From a virus, in IMG/VR virus record IMGVR_UViG_3300021368_000005, positions 9,614 through 73,613 of that record: 64,000 nt of DNA; one strand, 5' to 3'. This document shows, one piece after another, positions 1 to 9,150 of this stretch; position 1 is the stretch's first letter; the number at the start of each line of letters is the position of its first letter. The translations under genes were made by a program, and so were the position numbers. Under the pieces are notes generated by a model that was not told the DNA's origin, ran no database searches, and saw only the letters and a program-made list of their open reading frames with translations.

Positions 1-386
1 AATTTAATAAATTCATCATTGGATGGTATGTGAGGTGGATTACAAACAATCATATCTACTTTATCTCCATTATAATCATCAACACCATTACTTAAATAAA
101 AAGTTACCTCATCTTCCCAATTATTATCCTTATTTGTTTTTTTAATAACTGATTCTAATGGTTTGTGATTATCTACTAATGAAAGGGTTTTTATATTATA
201 TTTTTGCTTTAGGTGATATCCCATAAAACCAGGACCACTACACATTTCCATAAGAGAGTTTACTTTCGGCCAATCATAATCTTGCATCAATTCAATCCAA
301 AACTTTCCACCTCCATCTTGATTCCCTTCAAAATAAATTGGATACTTTCCATGTGTTAATGATTTTTCTAAATGATAAACCTTCAT
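1..386 (-). CDS. Class I SAM-dependent methyltransferase (partial, runs off window start)
   Basis: Not in the ORF track. Manual translation from the ATG overlapping the upstream TAA (TAATG) gives MKVYHLEK...LMEMCSGPGFMG...VDMIVCNPPH: Gly-rich motif I plus an NPP motif. Confidence 0.75.
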   Translation of the reverse strand, partial: MKVYHLEKSLTHGKYPIYFEGNQDGGGKFWIELMQDYDWPKVNSLMEMCSGPGFMGYHLKQKYNIKTLSLVDNHKPLESVIKKTNKDNNWEDEVTFYLSNGVDDYNGDKVDMIVCNPPHIPSNDEFIK

Positions 387-3300
387 TAAAACCTAACTTG
401 TGAAAATCCTTTTTCTTTTTTAATTTCAATAAGTCCATCTACTACATCTCTCATTGAATCGATGTGTGAGATTACCATTACAAAATCAAACTGAGTTTTA
501 AGGTATGTAAACAACATAAATAAGGATTGTAGGTTCTCACTATCTAATGTACCGAAACCTTCATCTATCACAAGGAAATTAGGTCTTGGTAGGTTACATA
601 CATTGATTAGAGCAACTCTAATTGCTAAACCACTAATAAACCTTTCCATACCACTACACATTTCCAAACTCCATCTTTGGTCTCCATATACAAGATATGC
701 ATTAATATTCTTACCATCAATCTCTAACTGCATTCCAAACTCTACAATTTGTGCAAGGATGTTATTTACCTCACCCTCAATCATTGGTAGAGATTTTTCA
801 ATCAATTCATATGATACACCATCTTTCGAAAGTGCATTTAGATAAAAATCAAATAATTTAGATTGTTGTTCTAAATCCTTTACCTCTTGAATTCTATCTT
901 CAATTGTTTCTTTTTGGTTCTGAAGAGCAGATATTTTACCATTTAGTTTAAGAACATCAGAGTTAACTCTTTTCAACTCATCTTTAACAGATGATTGTTT
1001 TGTTCGTACTCCACCAATTTGTTCTCTGATTTCTTTATTCTTCTGAATTTGTTTCTCATTCTTATAATATTCATCAATAAGTTGTTCTTGTTGAGCAGTT
1101 TGTGTATCTAATCGAATTTCTTCAGTTTCGGTTGTTGATAACTTGTTTATAAGTTGGGATATTTCTCTATCTAATTTATCCTCTTTATCTTTAGCATCTT
1201 TATATTTATCCCACTCTTCTTCATATGATTGTAAAGTTTCTATATCTACCTTAAGATTTAACCTATCTTCATTTTCTTTTTGTATCAACCCTTGATACTC
1301 TTTTATCTCAGTTTCAACCTTTTCTTTTGTTTCTAAAATAGATTTAGAATTTTCCATACAAATATCACACTCTTCATTATACTTGTGAGAATCTAAGTGT
1401 TCTTTTCTTTCATATAAGGAATCTAACTTTACTTGTAATTTATCTATATTTGATTCTACATCTCTTAATTTATCCTTTGATTTTTTTAAGTTACCAATAC
1501 CAACTTCTAAATCTTCTTCATCAAATTTATCCAAAATCTCATCTAATGTGATTTGTTGTTCTTCTCTAAAAGTGATTCTATCTTGTAAAGAACCCTTTGT
1601 GGTTTCTAGGTTCTCTTTTTTGATTTCGAGGTTTTTCAATCTTTTCTCTAACTCTTCGATTGAAACTCCACTATCAGCGTTTAACTTTACGATTTTCTCA
1701 TTTAGAGATATAATCTGTTTATTGAGAATATCTTCTTCATCTACCAAAGCCTTTTGGGACATCTCCAAAAGTTTATATTCGTTCTTGTCGGTTTTAAGTT
1801 CTGTGTCGATTTGAGCTAATTTTGTCGTAAAATCATCACTCTTAAATTTTCTGATAAGTGTTGCATTATCCCTATTTTCATCTGCTGCCTTTTGATATAA
1901 TTTATCAAAGATATCTACTCCAATAAATTGAGAGAGTATCTCCTTACGTTCCGATTGTGATTTATCAATGAATAAAGCGTTGTTACCTTGTAGAGAAAGA
2001 GCAGTTAAAACAAAGTCCTCAAACTTACCTAAGTACTTTTCAATTTCTTTGTTGGTATCTTTTCTTTGTTCACCATTAAGTGATTCAACAACTCCAGCAT
2101 CTTCTTTCCAAAAATCTACATCTACCTTTACAGAAGTTTTCTTTCTAACGTACTTAGCCCGTCTTTCAATAAAGTAATCTACCCCATCTATCTCAAAGTT
2201 AAACTTACAATAAAAGTTTTCTTTTCTATTGTTTAATATGTTCTTAGATATATTAGTACGAGAAGTTTTATCATATATACAAAAAGAAAGAGCATCCCAC
2301 ATAGATGATTTACCACTTGCATTTGGTGCAAAGATACCCATGATACCTTGTGCTTTATCAAATCTGATTTGATTACCTTCACCATACGAGAACATATTAG
2401 AGAACTCAAATGTTTTTGGTGTCCATAAGATGTTACCAACAGAATCATTATCTTTTATCTGTCCATTTAACTCTGTATTTATTTCTGATATCTTATCTAG
2501 TTCATCTGATTCTAGTAGATATTGTCTTTCTAAGTAATCTCTAATCAGTTGGTTTTGGAAGGTTTCATCTTTTACATTACCAACAATGTTTTTATTTACC
2601 TTTTGATTTGTTTTTAGTTGTCCGATTGTATCGGTTCTAGTTACAGTAACTTCAGCAACTTTGAATAACTTCTTTAGTTCAGTTATTTTTCTCTTCATAT
2701 CTGAAGCTTCTGTTCTTGTAAACCTTAATCTTAATCTTGGATACTTTGGAAGTTTAGTACCAACTTCATCATACACCCATTGAGGTATCTTACCATCAAC
2801 TACATCGACTGTTAAGAATCCATAATCATTATGTATGTGATGCTCGGTAAAGGTTCGAGTGGGTATATCCCACAATAAGTAACCATGATTTTCAAGTAGT
2901 TCACCATGATTCTGTTGAATCATTGAACCTGCATAGGCAACCCACTCATATCCTTCACCAAATGTTTGTCTTTTGTGAATATCACCCAACATGGCCATAT
3001 CGTATCCATCAAACATATCTACTTGAAATGAGTTTGAAGAAACGGTATAGCCGATATCTGTTTGAGCTTTGTTTACTGGTCCATGAAATAAAACGATTTT
3101 ATTTTCTCCATCAACGGTATCTCCCTTAGGCCAATTTTCCTTGTCATCCAATATAGAATAGACAACGAAAGTAAGATTATGGATATTATAGATACCAGTA
3201 TCACGAAGATAATGAATTCTATCGTTGTTAAGATTTTCGATAATAGGCGTGAGTACATCTAGTCTGTGTGAGTTATTTAAGTTACAATCGTGATTACCTG

Positions 3301-3544
3301 TGATTAACACAGTTTCTCTTAACTTCGCACACTCGGTGAGAAACCAACTAATTTCGTGTACGAGTTCTGGTGACATCTCTGTTTTAGCATGAGCAATATC
3401 ACCTGCAATATAAATGAGGGAATCCTCAATTTTATCTTCTTTTACTTGTTTTAGGAATTTTTTGAATACCAATTTGTATTCTTTATGCCTTTGTAGATTT
3501 CTAATGTGTAAATCTGCAAGGTGGTAAACTTTATTTACTATCAT
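386..3544 (-). CDS. Fused Mre11/SbcD-like nuclease + Rad50/SbcC-like ATPase (gp47-gp46 fusion)
   Basis: N-terminal metallophosphoesterase motifs DLH, GD, GNHD, GDIH; Walker A APNASGKS; long coiled coil with CDIC zinc hook; signature CSGMERF; Walker B/D-loop VIDEGFGTLD; H-loop ISH. Confidence 0.93.
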   Translation of the reverse strand: MIVNKVYHLADLHIRNLQRHKEYKLVFKKFLKQVKEDKIEDSLIYIAGDIAHAKTEMSPELVHEISWFLTECAKLRETVLITGNHDCNLNNSHRLDVLTPIIENLNNDRIHYLRDTGIYNIHNLTFVVYSILDDKENWPKGDTVDGENKIVLFHGPVNKAQTDIGYTVSSNSFQVDMFDGYDMAMLGDIHKRQTFGEGYEWVAYAGSMIQQNHGELLENHGYLLWDIPTRTFTEHHIHNDYGFLTVDVVDGKIPQWVYDEVGTKLPKYPRLRLRFTRTEASDMKRKITELKKLFKVAEVTVTRTDTIGQLKTNQKVNKNIVGNVKDETFQNQLIRDYLERQYLLESDELDKISEINTELNGQIKDNDSVGNILWTPKTFEFSNMFSYGEGNQIRFDKAQGIMGIFAPNASGKSSMWDALSFCIYDKTSRTNISKNILNNRKENFYCKFNFEIDGVDYFIERRAKYVRKKTSVKVDVDFWKEDAGVVESLNGEQRKDTNKEIEKYLGKFEDFVLTALSLQGNNALFIDKSQSERKEILSQFIGVDIFDKLYQKAADENRDNATLIRKFKSDDFTTKLAQIDTELKTDKNEYKLLEMSQKALVDEEDILNKQIISLNEKIVKLNADSGVSIEELEKRLKNLEIKKENLETTKGSLQDRITFREEQQITLDEILDKFDEEDLEVGIGNLKKSKDKLRDVESNIDKLQVKLDSLYERKEHLDSHKYNEECDICMENSKSILETKEKVETEIKEYQGLIQKENEDRLNLKVDIETLQSYEEEWDKYKDAKDKEDKLDREISQLINKLSTTETEEIRLDTQTAQQEQLIDEYYKNEKQIQKNKEIREQIGGVRTKQSSVKDELKRVNSDVLKLNGKISALQNQKETIEDRIQEVKDLEQQSKLFDFYLNALSKDGVSYELIEKSLPMIEGEVNNILAQIVEFGMQLEIDGKNINAYLVYGDQRWSLEMCSGMERFISGLAIRVALINVCNLPRPNFLVIDEGFGTLDSENLQSLFMLFTYLKTQFDFVMVISHIDSMRDVVDGLIEIKKEKGFSQVRF

Positions 3545-4482
3545 AAACCTTTTAATTTTTGTGATATAATATCACCAAATCCCGTCTGTTCGGATTCCTT
3601 TAATTTACTATTAACTTCTGAAAACCCCATATCAGATGCATCTTTATCTGTGGGTTTTATATTTTTTGTATCGATACCTTGTTGTTGAAATTGTATTGTA
3701 TATTTTAGTGCTTGGTCTTGAGCATCTTCATCTAATAAAATATTAATATCTTTAACCTCGTTACTATATATACTATCATTTAATTTTCTTGGAACAAACT
3801 TACCAAGTAGAGGAATAGCATTTCGTTTCACAGCCATTGCATCAAATACTCCCTCTACTAAGGTAATTGGTTCATCCCAATTTATTTGGTTTTCAAACAT
3901 TATAACATTTTTAGAAACCGGTGGATTCTTATACTTAAACTTTTCCTCATCGAATACAGAACGTGCGATGAAGTAATTGAGTCTATTATTAGAATCATAA
4001 CTCGGAATAATAATACGATTGGCATAATGACCACCATCACAGTAACCAATATTATATTTGATAATATCTCCACGAGTGATACCTCTTCTTTCAGCATACT
4101 CCTTTACCTTTCTGAACAAAGGATTAATACCCTTTGGTTCTTTTAGAAGTGATTGAAACTCACTAGGTAACCTCAACTCTACCTTTTCATCTTCAGTATC
4201 CTTGTTGTAAACAACATAATCATCACCATATATTTCATATAACTTTCTCAATTTACGAGAATCTACATGAAGTCTCTTTAATAAACGATTTATTCGTTTT
4301 CCTTTTGCATCACATACCCAACAGTGCCATTGTTGTGTTTGTATGTTTATCTGTAATTTCTTTTTATGGTGATGACAAAATGGACAATAATGAGCTTGTT
4401 CATCATTTTTCATAGATGTACCAGGACCCAAAACGTCATCCAATATTGTTATAACAGATTGTTTTTCGTGATGTGAAAGCAT
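3541..4482 (-). CDS. DNA primase (Zn finger + TOPRIM)
   Basis: CPFC...CWVC zinc-binding domain; RIIIP; VEGVFDA and LLDED TOPRIM motifs; KDAS. Confidence 0.9.
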   Translation of the reverse strand: MLSHHEKQSVITILDDVLGPGTSMKNDEQAHYCPFCHHHKKKLQINIQTQQWHCWVCDAKGKRINRLLKRLHVDSRKLRKLYEIYGDDYVVYNKDTEDEKVELRLPSEFQSLLKEPKGINPLFRKVKEYAERRGITRGDIIKYNIGYCDGGHYANRIIIPSYDSNNRLNYFIARSVFDEEKFKYKNPPVSKNVIMFENQINWDEPITLVEGVFDAMAVKRNAIPLLGKFVPRKLNDSIYSNEVKDINILLDEDAQDQALKYTIQFQQQGIDTKNIKPTDKDASDMGFSEVNSKLKESEQTGFGDIISQKLKGL

Positions 4483-4501
4483 AATTAGTCAATAAAACAA
4501 T

Positions 4502-4533
4502 GTAAATATACGAAAAATATTTTAATTTTCCAA
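4502..4533 (-). promoter_or_regulatory. Early/host-type promoter (Bacteroidota -33/-7 like)
   Basis: Minus strand TTGG-N17-CGTATATTTA upstream of primase; one of 10 copies with the same 17-nt spacer. Confidence 0.7.
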
Positions 4534-4995
4534 GTCTTTTCTAAAAAATTTTCCTAATAGATTATCGTTTAATGCCATATCATCACCCAAAACATCGTGT
4601 GAAAACTGTTCTTGTAACTCATAGTAGGTTAAAGCCTTCTTATTTTTACAAAATTTAAGGATTTTTAACTCCAATCTATCATTTATATCATCTCTCCTAT
4701 CTTCTAAAAGAGCTGTTTCATTTTCATGAAACCATAATTGTACAGTAGGATTAGAAGAACGATACTTTCTCCAATCAGATTCTTTTTGAACCATTTCGTA
4801 CTTTTTCATTCGTTTATCTTCAAGTTTAGCAATTTCTCGTTTACCAAATTTTCTTTTTCTAACAGAAACTACTTGTTTCTTTCCGATATAGTATTGGCCT
4901 GTTTCGCCATTTGTTATTTTGTAGATAAAACCAAAAGTTCCTTCTGGCATGTCTGATAATTCTGTTATAATTTGTCCTTTATATGTCCAACTCAT
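4522..4995 (-). CDS. GIY-YIG endonuclease (Seg/EndoII-like)
   Basis: GFIYKITN...YYIGKKQ and W..Y.SS motifs; start placed at MSWTYKG. Confidence 0.75.
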   Translation of the reverse strand: MSWTYKGQIITELSDMPEGTFGFIYKITNGETGQYYIGKKQVVSVRKRKFGKREIAKLEDKRMKKYEMVQKESDWRKYRSSNPTVQLWFHENETALLEDRRDDINDRLELKILKFCKNKKALTYYELQEQFSHDVLGDDMALNDNLLGKFFRKDLEN

Positions 4996-5551
4996 AGTTA
5001 AAAATTTTGAAATCATTTGCGTACCTCTCTCGTACCCAAGTTAGAACATCCTTATCAATATATAGATGTTTATAAAAATTGTATTGATTTAGGTTAGGAT
5101 GTTTATCATAAATTGGATTACGATTTAGATGTGGTATATTTTCATTTGATTCTACTTTCTCTAAAATAAAATTCACATCGTTTATGAAATTTTCATACCT
5201 TCCAATAAAACTTACTTTTTTATCTTCGGTACTTCCATTTCGTATAAAATAGCTTTGGGGAAAAAACAAATAATCATTTTTATCGATAGTTTCTATGAAT
5301 CTATGTACTGACATGAATCCATCTTTTCTACATTGATGATTATATGCAGATGCAAATCGAGTATAAGGATTTCTTACAAAACACATGATGTAGTAATCCT
5401 TTATGTTCTCAAATTTACCAATATGATTATGTGATTTAGAAACCCATTCAGTACCTACTACGTTTTGTAGTACTGATGTAATAGATGTTCCACCAGTCTT
5501 AGGTATATGAATAAATCCCCATTTTTTAGAACGATTTATCAGTAAACTCAA
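4979..5551 (-). CDS. Sulfotransferase family 2 protein
   Basis: FIHIPKTGGTSI (5'-PSB), VRNPYTRFASAY (3'-PB), FIGRYENF, Y..DF..F.Y. Confidence 0.85.
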   Translation of the reverse strand: MSLLINRSKKWGFIHIPKTGGTSITSVLQNVVGTEWVSKSHNHIGKFENIKDYYIMCFVRNPYTRFASAYNHQCRKDGFMSVHRFIETIDKNDYLFFPQSYFIRNGSTEDKKVSFIGRYENFINDVNFILEKVESNENIPHLNRNPIYDKHPNLNQYNFYKHLYIDKDVLTWVRERYANDFKIFNYELDI

Positions 5552-5561
5552 ATTATATATT

Positions 5562-5750
5562 TTATAATTGTATTGTAGAAGAGTATGGTGTTTGGTTTAA
5601 CTTACCACCTCTAGCTTGTTTAAGAGCTTTTTCATCTTTAGATAGTTCTTTCAAATCGAAATCATCTTTAGATATAGGAGTCTTATCAGCTCCTGTTCTT
5701 GGAAGCTTAGAAAAATCTGATTTATCGTATAAGTCTTTAATTGAAGCCAT
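5562..5750 (-). CDS. Small hypothetical late protein
   Basis: 62-aa ORF preceded by the TATTTATA motif at 5773-5780. Confidence 0.6.
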   Translation of the reverse strand: MASIKDLYDKSDFSKLPRTGADKTPISKDDFDLKELSKDEKALKQARGGKLNQTPYSSTIQL

Positions 5751-5804
5751 AATTATTTTCCTCGTTATATAATATAAATATAACTTTTTTTAGTTTAACG
5801 ATTT

Positions 5805-7142
5805 TTATAAGTCTATTCTAACTATAAAGTTAACATCCATATCAGGATATTTTTTTATTGGTTTTGGTAATTTTGCTGTTGCAACTAAATCTCCTCTATC
5901 GTTATATAAACCAATAGTTGTTATAAATGTTGTTAAGTATGAACCAGTTGGGTCTGTTAGTGCTTTTGAGTAGTAATCATCCCAAGAACCACTTACATAA
6001 TCATTAGTTACAGAAGATGTTACTGAACCTGTATAGTGAGATACTCTTGAAATATCTTGTACATACTTTATTTTACGAGGTTCACTATCCCAATTTAATG
6101 GTGGTCTACCAAACCTTCTTGGACCTATTGGAGTTGGTGTAAAATCATACGAACCACTTAAAGTAACTTCAACTGCAGATGGATTTTGTGAGTAGTTAAA
6201 TTCACAACTACCAGCCTGTACTAATACTTCTAATTCATTTATTGTTTTAGTAGAACGATATTCTAATTCATATGTGGAGATATCTTCTAATGTATCATCG
6301 TTATGAACATCATGTGTAGTAATAGCAACAATACCATCTTGATATAAAACATTACCATATTGAATAGGTTTTAGTTTTGATGTTAAGAAATTTAATGGTT
6401 CGGTAAATTGAATAGTACCTTGTGTTCTTATATCAGAAGAACCACTAATATATTCTCCACCAATATCATTTGTAAACATATCCCATCTAACAAGGGTTCT
6501 ATCATCAGTATCTCCCTCTACTGTTAGTGTCATCTCTGGTTCCATTAAATCTAAGTCCGATGATAATAAAATAGATTCTGTAACAGATGTATCGGATACT
6601 CTCAAGTAAACTCCTCTACTTAAATCCCCATCATTACTCAATGAACCAGTTCCGAAAGAACCAAAATCTGCATCTAAGAATTGATATTTTTTTCTAGTTC
6701 CAACTAAGTTTCCTTTTTTATCATCAACAAGAACTGAACCAGATGCTAATTGTGGAGAGGTAAACTTTACTGAACCTGGTTTTATTTCATCACCATATCT
6801 ACTTTGAGTAATTGGAATTAAAAATAAAGTTTCATCTATTCTTCTTTCGTTAGAAAAATCAGACATATCAGTTATAGCACCAAACATATTTATCAAACCA
6901 TTATCAGTAAAGTATTTGTGTTTGATTGATTGATACATAGGATACTTATGAAACGATGAAGTTATAGAACCACTTACTGTTCTTTCAAAGTTATCAGAAT
7001 CAAACATTCCACTACCTGTATGGAAATCAGATGATTTATCGTATATCTTTAATACAGGATACTCCGCATGAGTTGCGTTAAATTTCTTATAGACTTTGAA
7101 TTGTCTATTAGATACATTTGATTTTGGAATATTCTTAAGCAT
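5805..7142 (-). CDS. Putative virion (baseplate/tail) protein, paralogue of 7216-8448
   Basis: In the structural cluster; C-terminal FNYSQNP...ITTIGLYND..LVATAKLPKPIKK...VRIDL shared with its neighbour; start at MLKNIPK just after the late motif. Confidence 0.6.
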   Translation of the reverse strand: MLKNIPKSNVSNRQFKVYKKFNATHAEYPVLKIYDKSSDFHTGSGMFDSDNFERTVSGSITSSFHKYPMYQSIKHKYFTDNGLINMFGAITDMSDFSNERRIDETLFLIPITQSRYGDEIKPGSVKFTSPQLASGSVLVDDKKGNLVGTRKKYQFLDADFGSFGTGSLSNDGDLSRGVYLRVSDTSVTESILLSSDLDLMEPEMTLTVEGDTDDRTLVRWDMFTNDIGGEYISGSSDIRTQGTIQFTEPLNFLTSKLKPIQYGNVLYQDGIVAITTHDVHNDDTLEDISTYELEYRSTKTINELEVLVQAGSCEFNYSQNPSAVEVTLSGSYDFTPTPIGPRRFGRPPLNWDSEPRKIKYVQDISRVSHYTGSVTSSVTNDYVSGSWDDYYSKALTDPTGSYLTTFITTIGLYNDRGDLVATAKLPKPIKKYPDMDVNFIVRIDL

Positions 7143-7173
7143 ATATTTCTCCTCTATATAAATATATGGAAAC

Positions 7174-7197
7174 AAAAAACCCCACCGAAGTGGGGTT
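7174..7197 (-). terminator. Intrinsic terminator
   Basis: AACCCCAC-TTCG-GTGGGGTT followed by a T-run on the minus strand. Confidence 0.85.
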
Positions 7198-7215
7198 GTT
7201 TAAGGTTAAGTTCTA

Positions 7216-8448
7216 TTAGAAGTCAAGTTTTACTTTGATTAATACTTCTTTATCGAATGATTTTTCAATTGGTTGTGAAGTTTTAGCAACTGCCAACATT
7301 TCATTTGCATCATTCATCAATCCAATTGATGTGATGTAAGTTCTTGGGTCTTGTTCAAAAGAAGATTCTCTAAACGTACCATCTGAACCAGTTACGAATG
7401 TTGGGTTGTTTGAGAAGTTAAATTCTCTGTTTTGTGCTCTTACAAAGTAATGTGATGTAGAAAGGTTTTCTACTCTTCTTGCTTGGAAATCATCACCACC
7501 TTTAATCATTTCATGTAGTAAATAATGATTTCTTCCTTCATAATCAAATCCTTTATATAATCCAGCTCCACCAACAGAACCACTATCAATTGAATCACCA
7601 ACAGTAGCATGAATAGCTGCAGGGTTAAATACTATGATACCTTGGTCAGGATAGAATAATCCAAATCCTTGTCCAGCGGCAACACCACTAGAATAATTTT
7701 CTGCAATTGTTGCATCGTTTTCAGTTCCTAAATTAAGTGAACCACTAACGATGTTAAATACTCTACCAGCTTTTCCTACTGAATCAGAAAATTTCTTTCC
7801 ACTATCATCGATGAACCTATGTGAACCATTAGAACCACTAAGTAGAATTTCTAAGTTTCCAGCATCTACTGATTCTTTATAGCGGGCACGAGCTATATTA
7901 ACCACATAGATATCTTCAGAATCTACACTTGCTCCAGATGAAGATGCAAATGAGAATAGTTCATCATCTTGTTCTAGTAATATTTGTCTATATTGAGCAT
8001 AAGTTGCTTTAGTTGCTTGTAGTGAATTATCATCATTTGCTAATGATACCGAACCACTACCATATTTGTTACCAAAAGCAACTGAATATTGTACTTCAGC
8101 AGATGCATCAGATGCTGGGTCTGTTGAGTAAACATTCACATAGTATTGTGTTGAAGCAGCTGTTTGAGCTGATGATGTAAAGAAATTAGATAGAGAACCA
8201 GTATCTCCAGTCCAAAGACCAGTTGTTACTGTTTCTACTTTTCCTTGTACAGTATCAAACTCACCGAATCTTTTATAGATTCCAGTAGAAAGATTCCCAC
8301 CTTGAGCGGCAATCTTATCACCACCAGTTAGATACTGATTGATGATTTCCGATAATTGTTCAGAAGTTACTTCACCATTTTGTGCCGATAGATATGCTGC
8401 TAAATCGGATGATAAGTTTACTCCTGCTTGTCCTGTTATTTGTGCCAT
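7216..8448 (-). CDS. Putative virion (baseplate/tail) protein
   Basis: S/G/T-rich; C-terminal FNFSNNP...ITSIGLMND..MLAVAKTSQPIEK...VKLDF. Confidence 0.6.
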   Translation of the reverse strand: MAQITGQAGVNLSSDLAAYLSAQNGEVTSEQLSEIINQYLTGGDKIAAQGGNLSTGIYKRFGEFDTVQGKVETVTTGLWTGDTGSLSNFFTSSAQTAASTQYYVNVYSTDPASDASAEVQYSVAFGNKYGSGSVSLANDDNSLQATKATYAQYRQILLEQDDELFSFASSSGASVDSEDIYVVNIARARYKESVDAGNLEILLSGSNGSHRFIDDSGKKFSDSVGKAGRVFNIVSGSLNLGTENDATIAENYSSGVAAGQGFGLFYPDQGIIVFNPAAIHATVGDSIDSGSVGGAGLYKGFDYEGRNHYLLHEMIKGGDDFQARRVENLSTSHYFVRAQNREFNFSNNPTFVTGSDGTFRESSFEQDPRTYITSIGLMNDANEMLAVAKTSQPIEKSFDKEVLIKVKLDF

Positions 8449-8461
8449 CTTTTATTTATCC

Positions 8462-9091
8462 TTATTTTGGTTGTACATAAGTAACTGTTACTGGTATTGT
8501 TTGTGAACCACCAGTTTCATTACCATATACAGTAATTGTTGTTTTTACAGTTGAGGTTATATTTGGATTTGGAATAAATGTAAATCCTAATCCAGTTTCT
8601 ATTGCCGCAGTAGTTGTTATTTCATCACCAAGTGCCAGAGGAATAGTACCTGATGTTGCTGCTAAACCAGTACCAACGATTGAACCTGCATTCTTATTAG
8701 AAAGAATAACAGTATAACCTGATTGTTGATTTCCACTTGGTGAAGTAGTTGGTGACAACTGTACCTGACCAGAGTTTTGGTTTACTGATATTGAAGGAAT
8801 ACCAAATTCTACTTTTGGAATTTTCTTTGTTCCTTTTGGTAAAGTTACCAATTTATATTTTAATGATTGTGTTTCATCTGGTGAAGCTTCTGTGATTGGA
8901 ATCGCTTTAATAGCGGCATCGTAGTAAGCACTTCCTTTAGGGTGTGCTGGTTCGTACAATGAATAATCAATCTCATCATCTCCCAATGCAAACTTAGTGA
9001 TGTTTAATCCACCACCGTTAGCAAGTAGTTCTCTACCCTTTCTTGTAAGGATAGCATCAACTGTGATTTCTGCGTTATCTAAATATGCCAT
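8462..9091 (-). CDS. Putative virion structural protein
   Basis: MAYLDN..ITVDAILTRKGRELLA...ITKFALGDDEIDY N-terminus resembling tail/baseplate proteins; beta-rich C-terminus; late motif upstream. Confidence 0.6.
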   Translation of the reverse strand: MAYLDNAEITVDAILTRKGRELLANGGGLNITKFALGDDEIDYSLYEPAHPKGSAYYDAAIKAIPITEASPDETQSLKYKLVTLPKGTKKIPKVEFGIPSISVNQNSGQVQLSPTTSPSGNQQSGYTVILSNKNAGSIVGTGLAATSGTIPLALGDEITTTAAIETGLGFTFIPNPNITSTVKTTITVYGNETGGSQTIPVTVTYVQPK

Positions 9092-9150
9092 AATTTTTTT
9101 CCTCTATGTTATTCAATATATAAATATAACTATTTTTAATTTTATTGTTT

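Noticed and set aside
4522-4995. GIY-YIG nuclease as an intron-encoded homing endonuclease
   Set aside because: Flanking genes are intact and unrelated; no interrupted host gene or room for intron structure.
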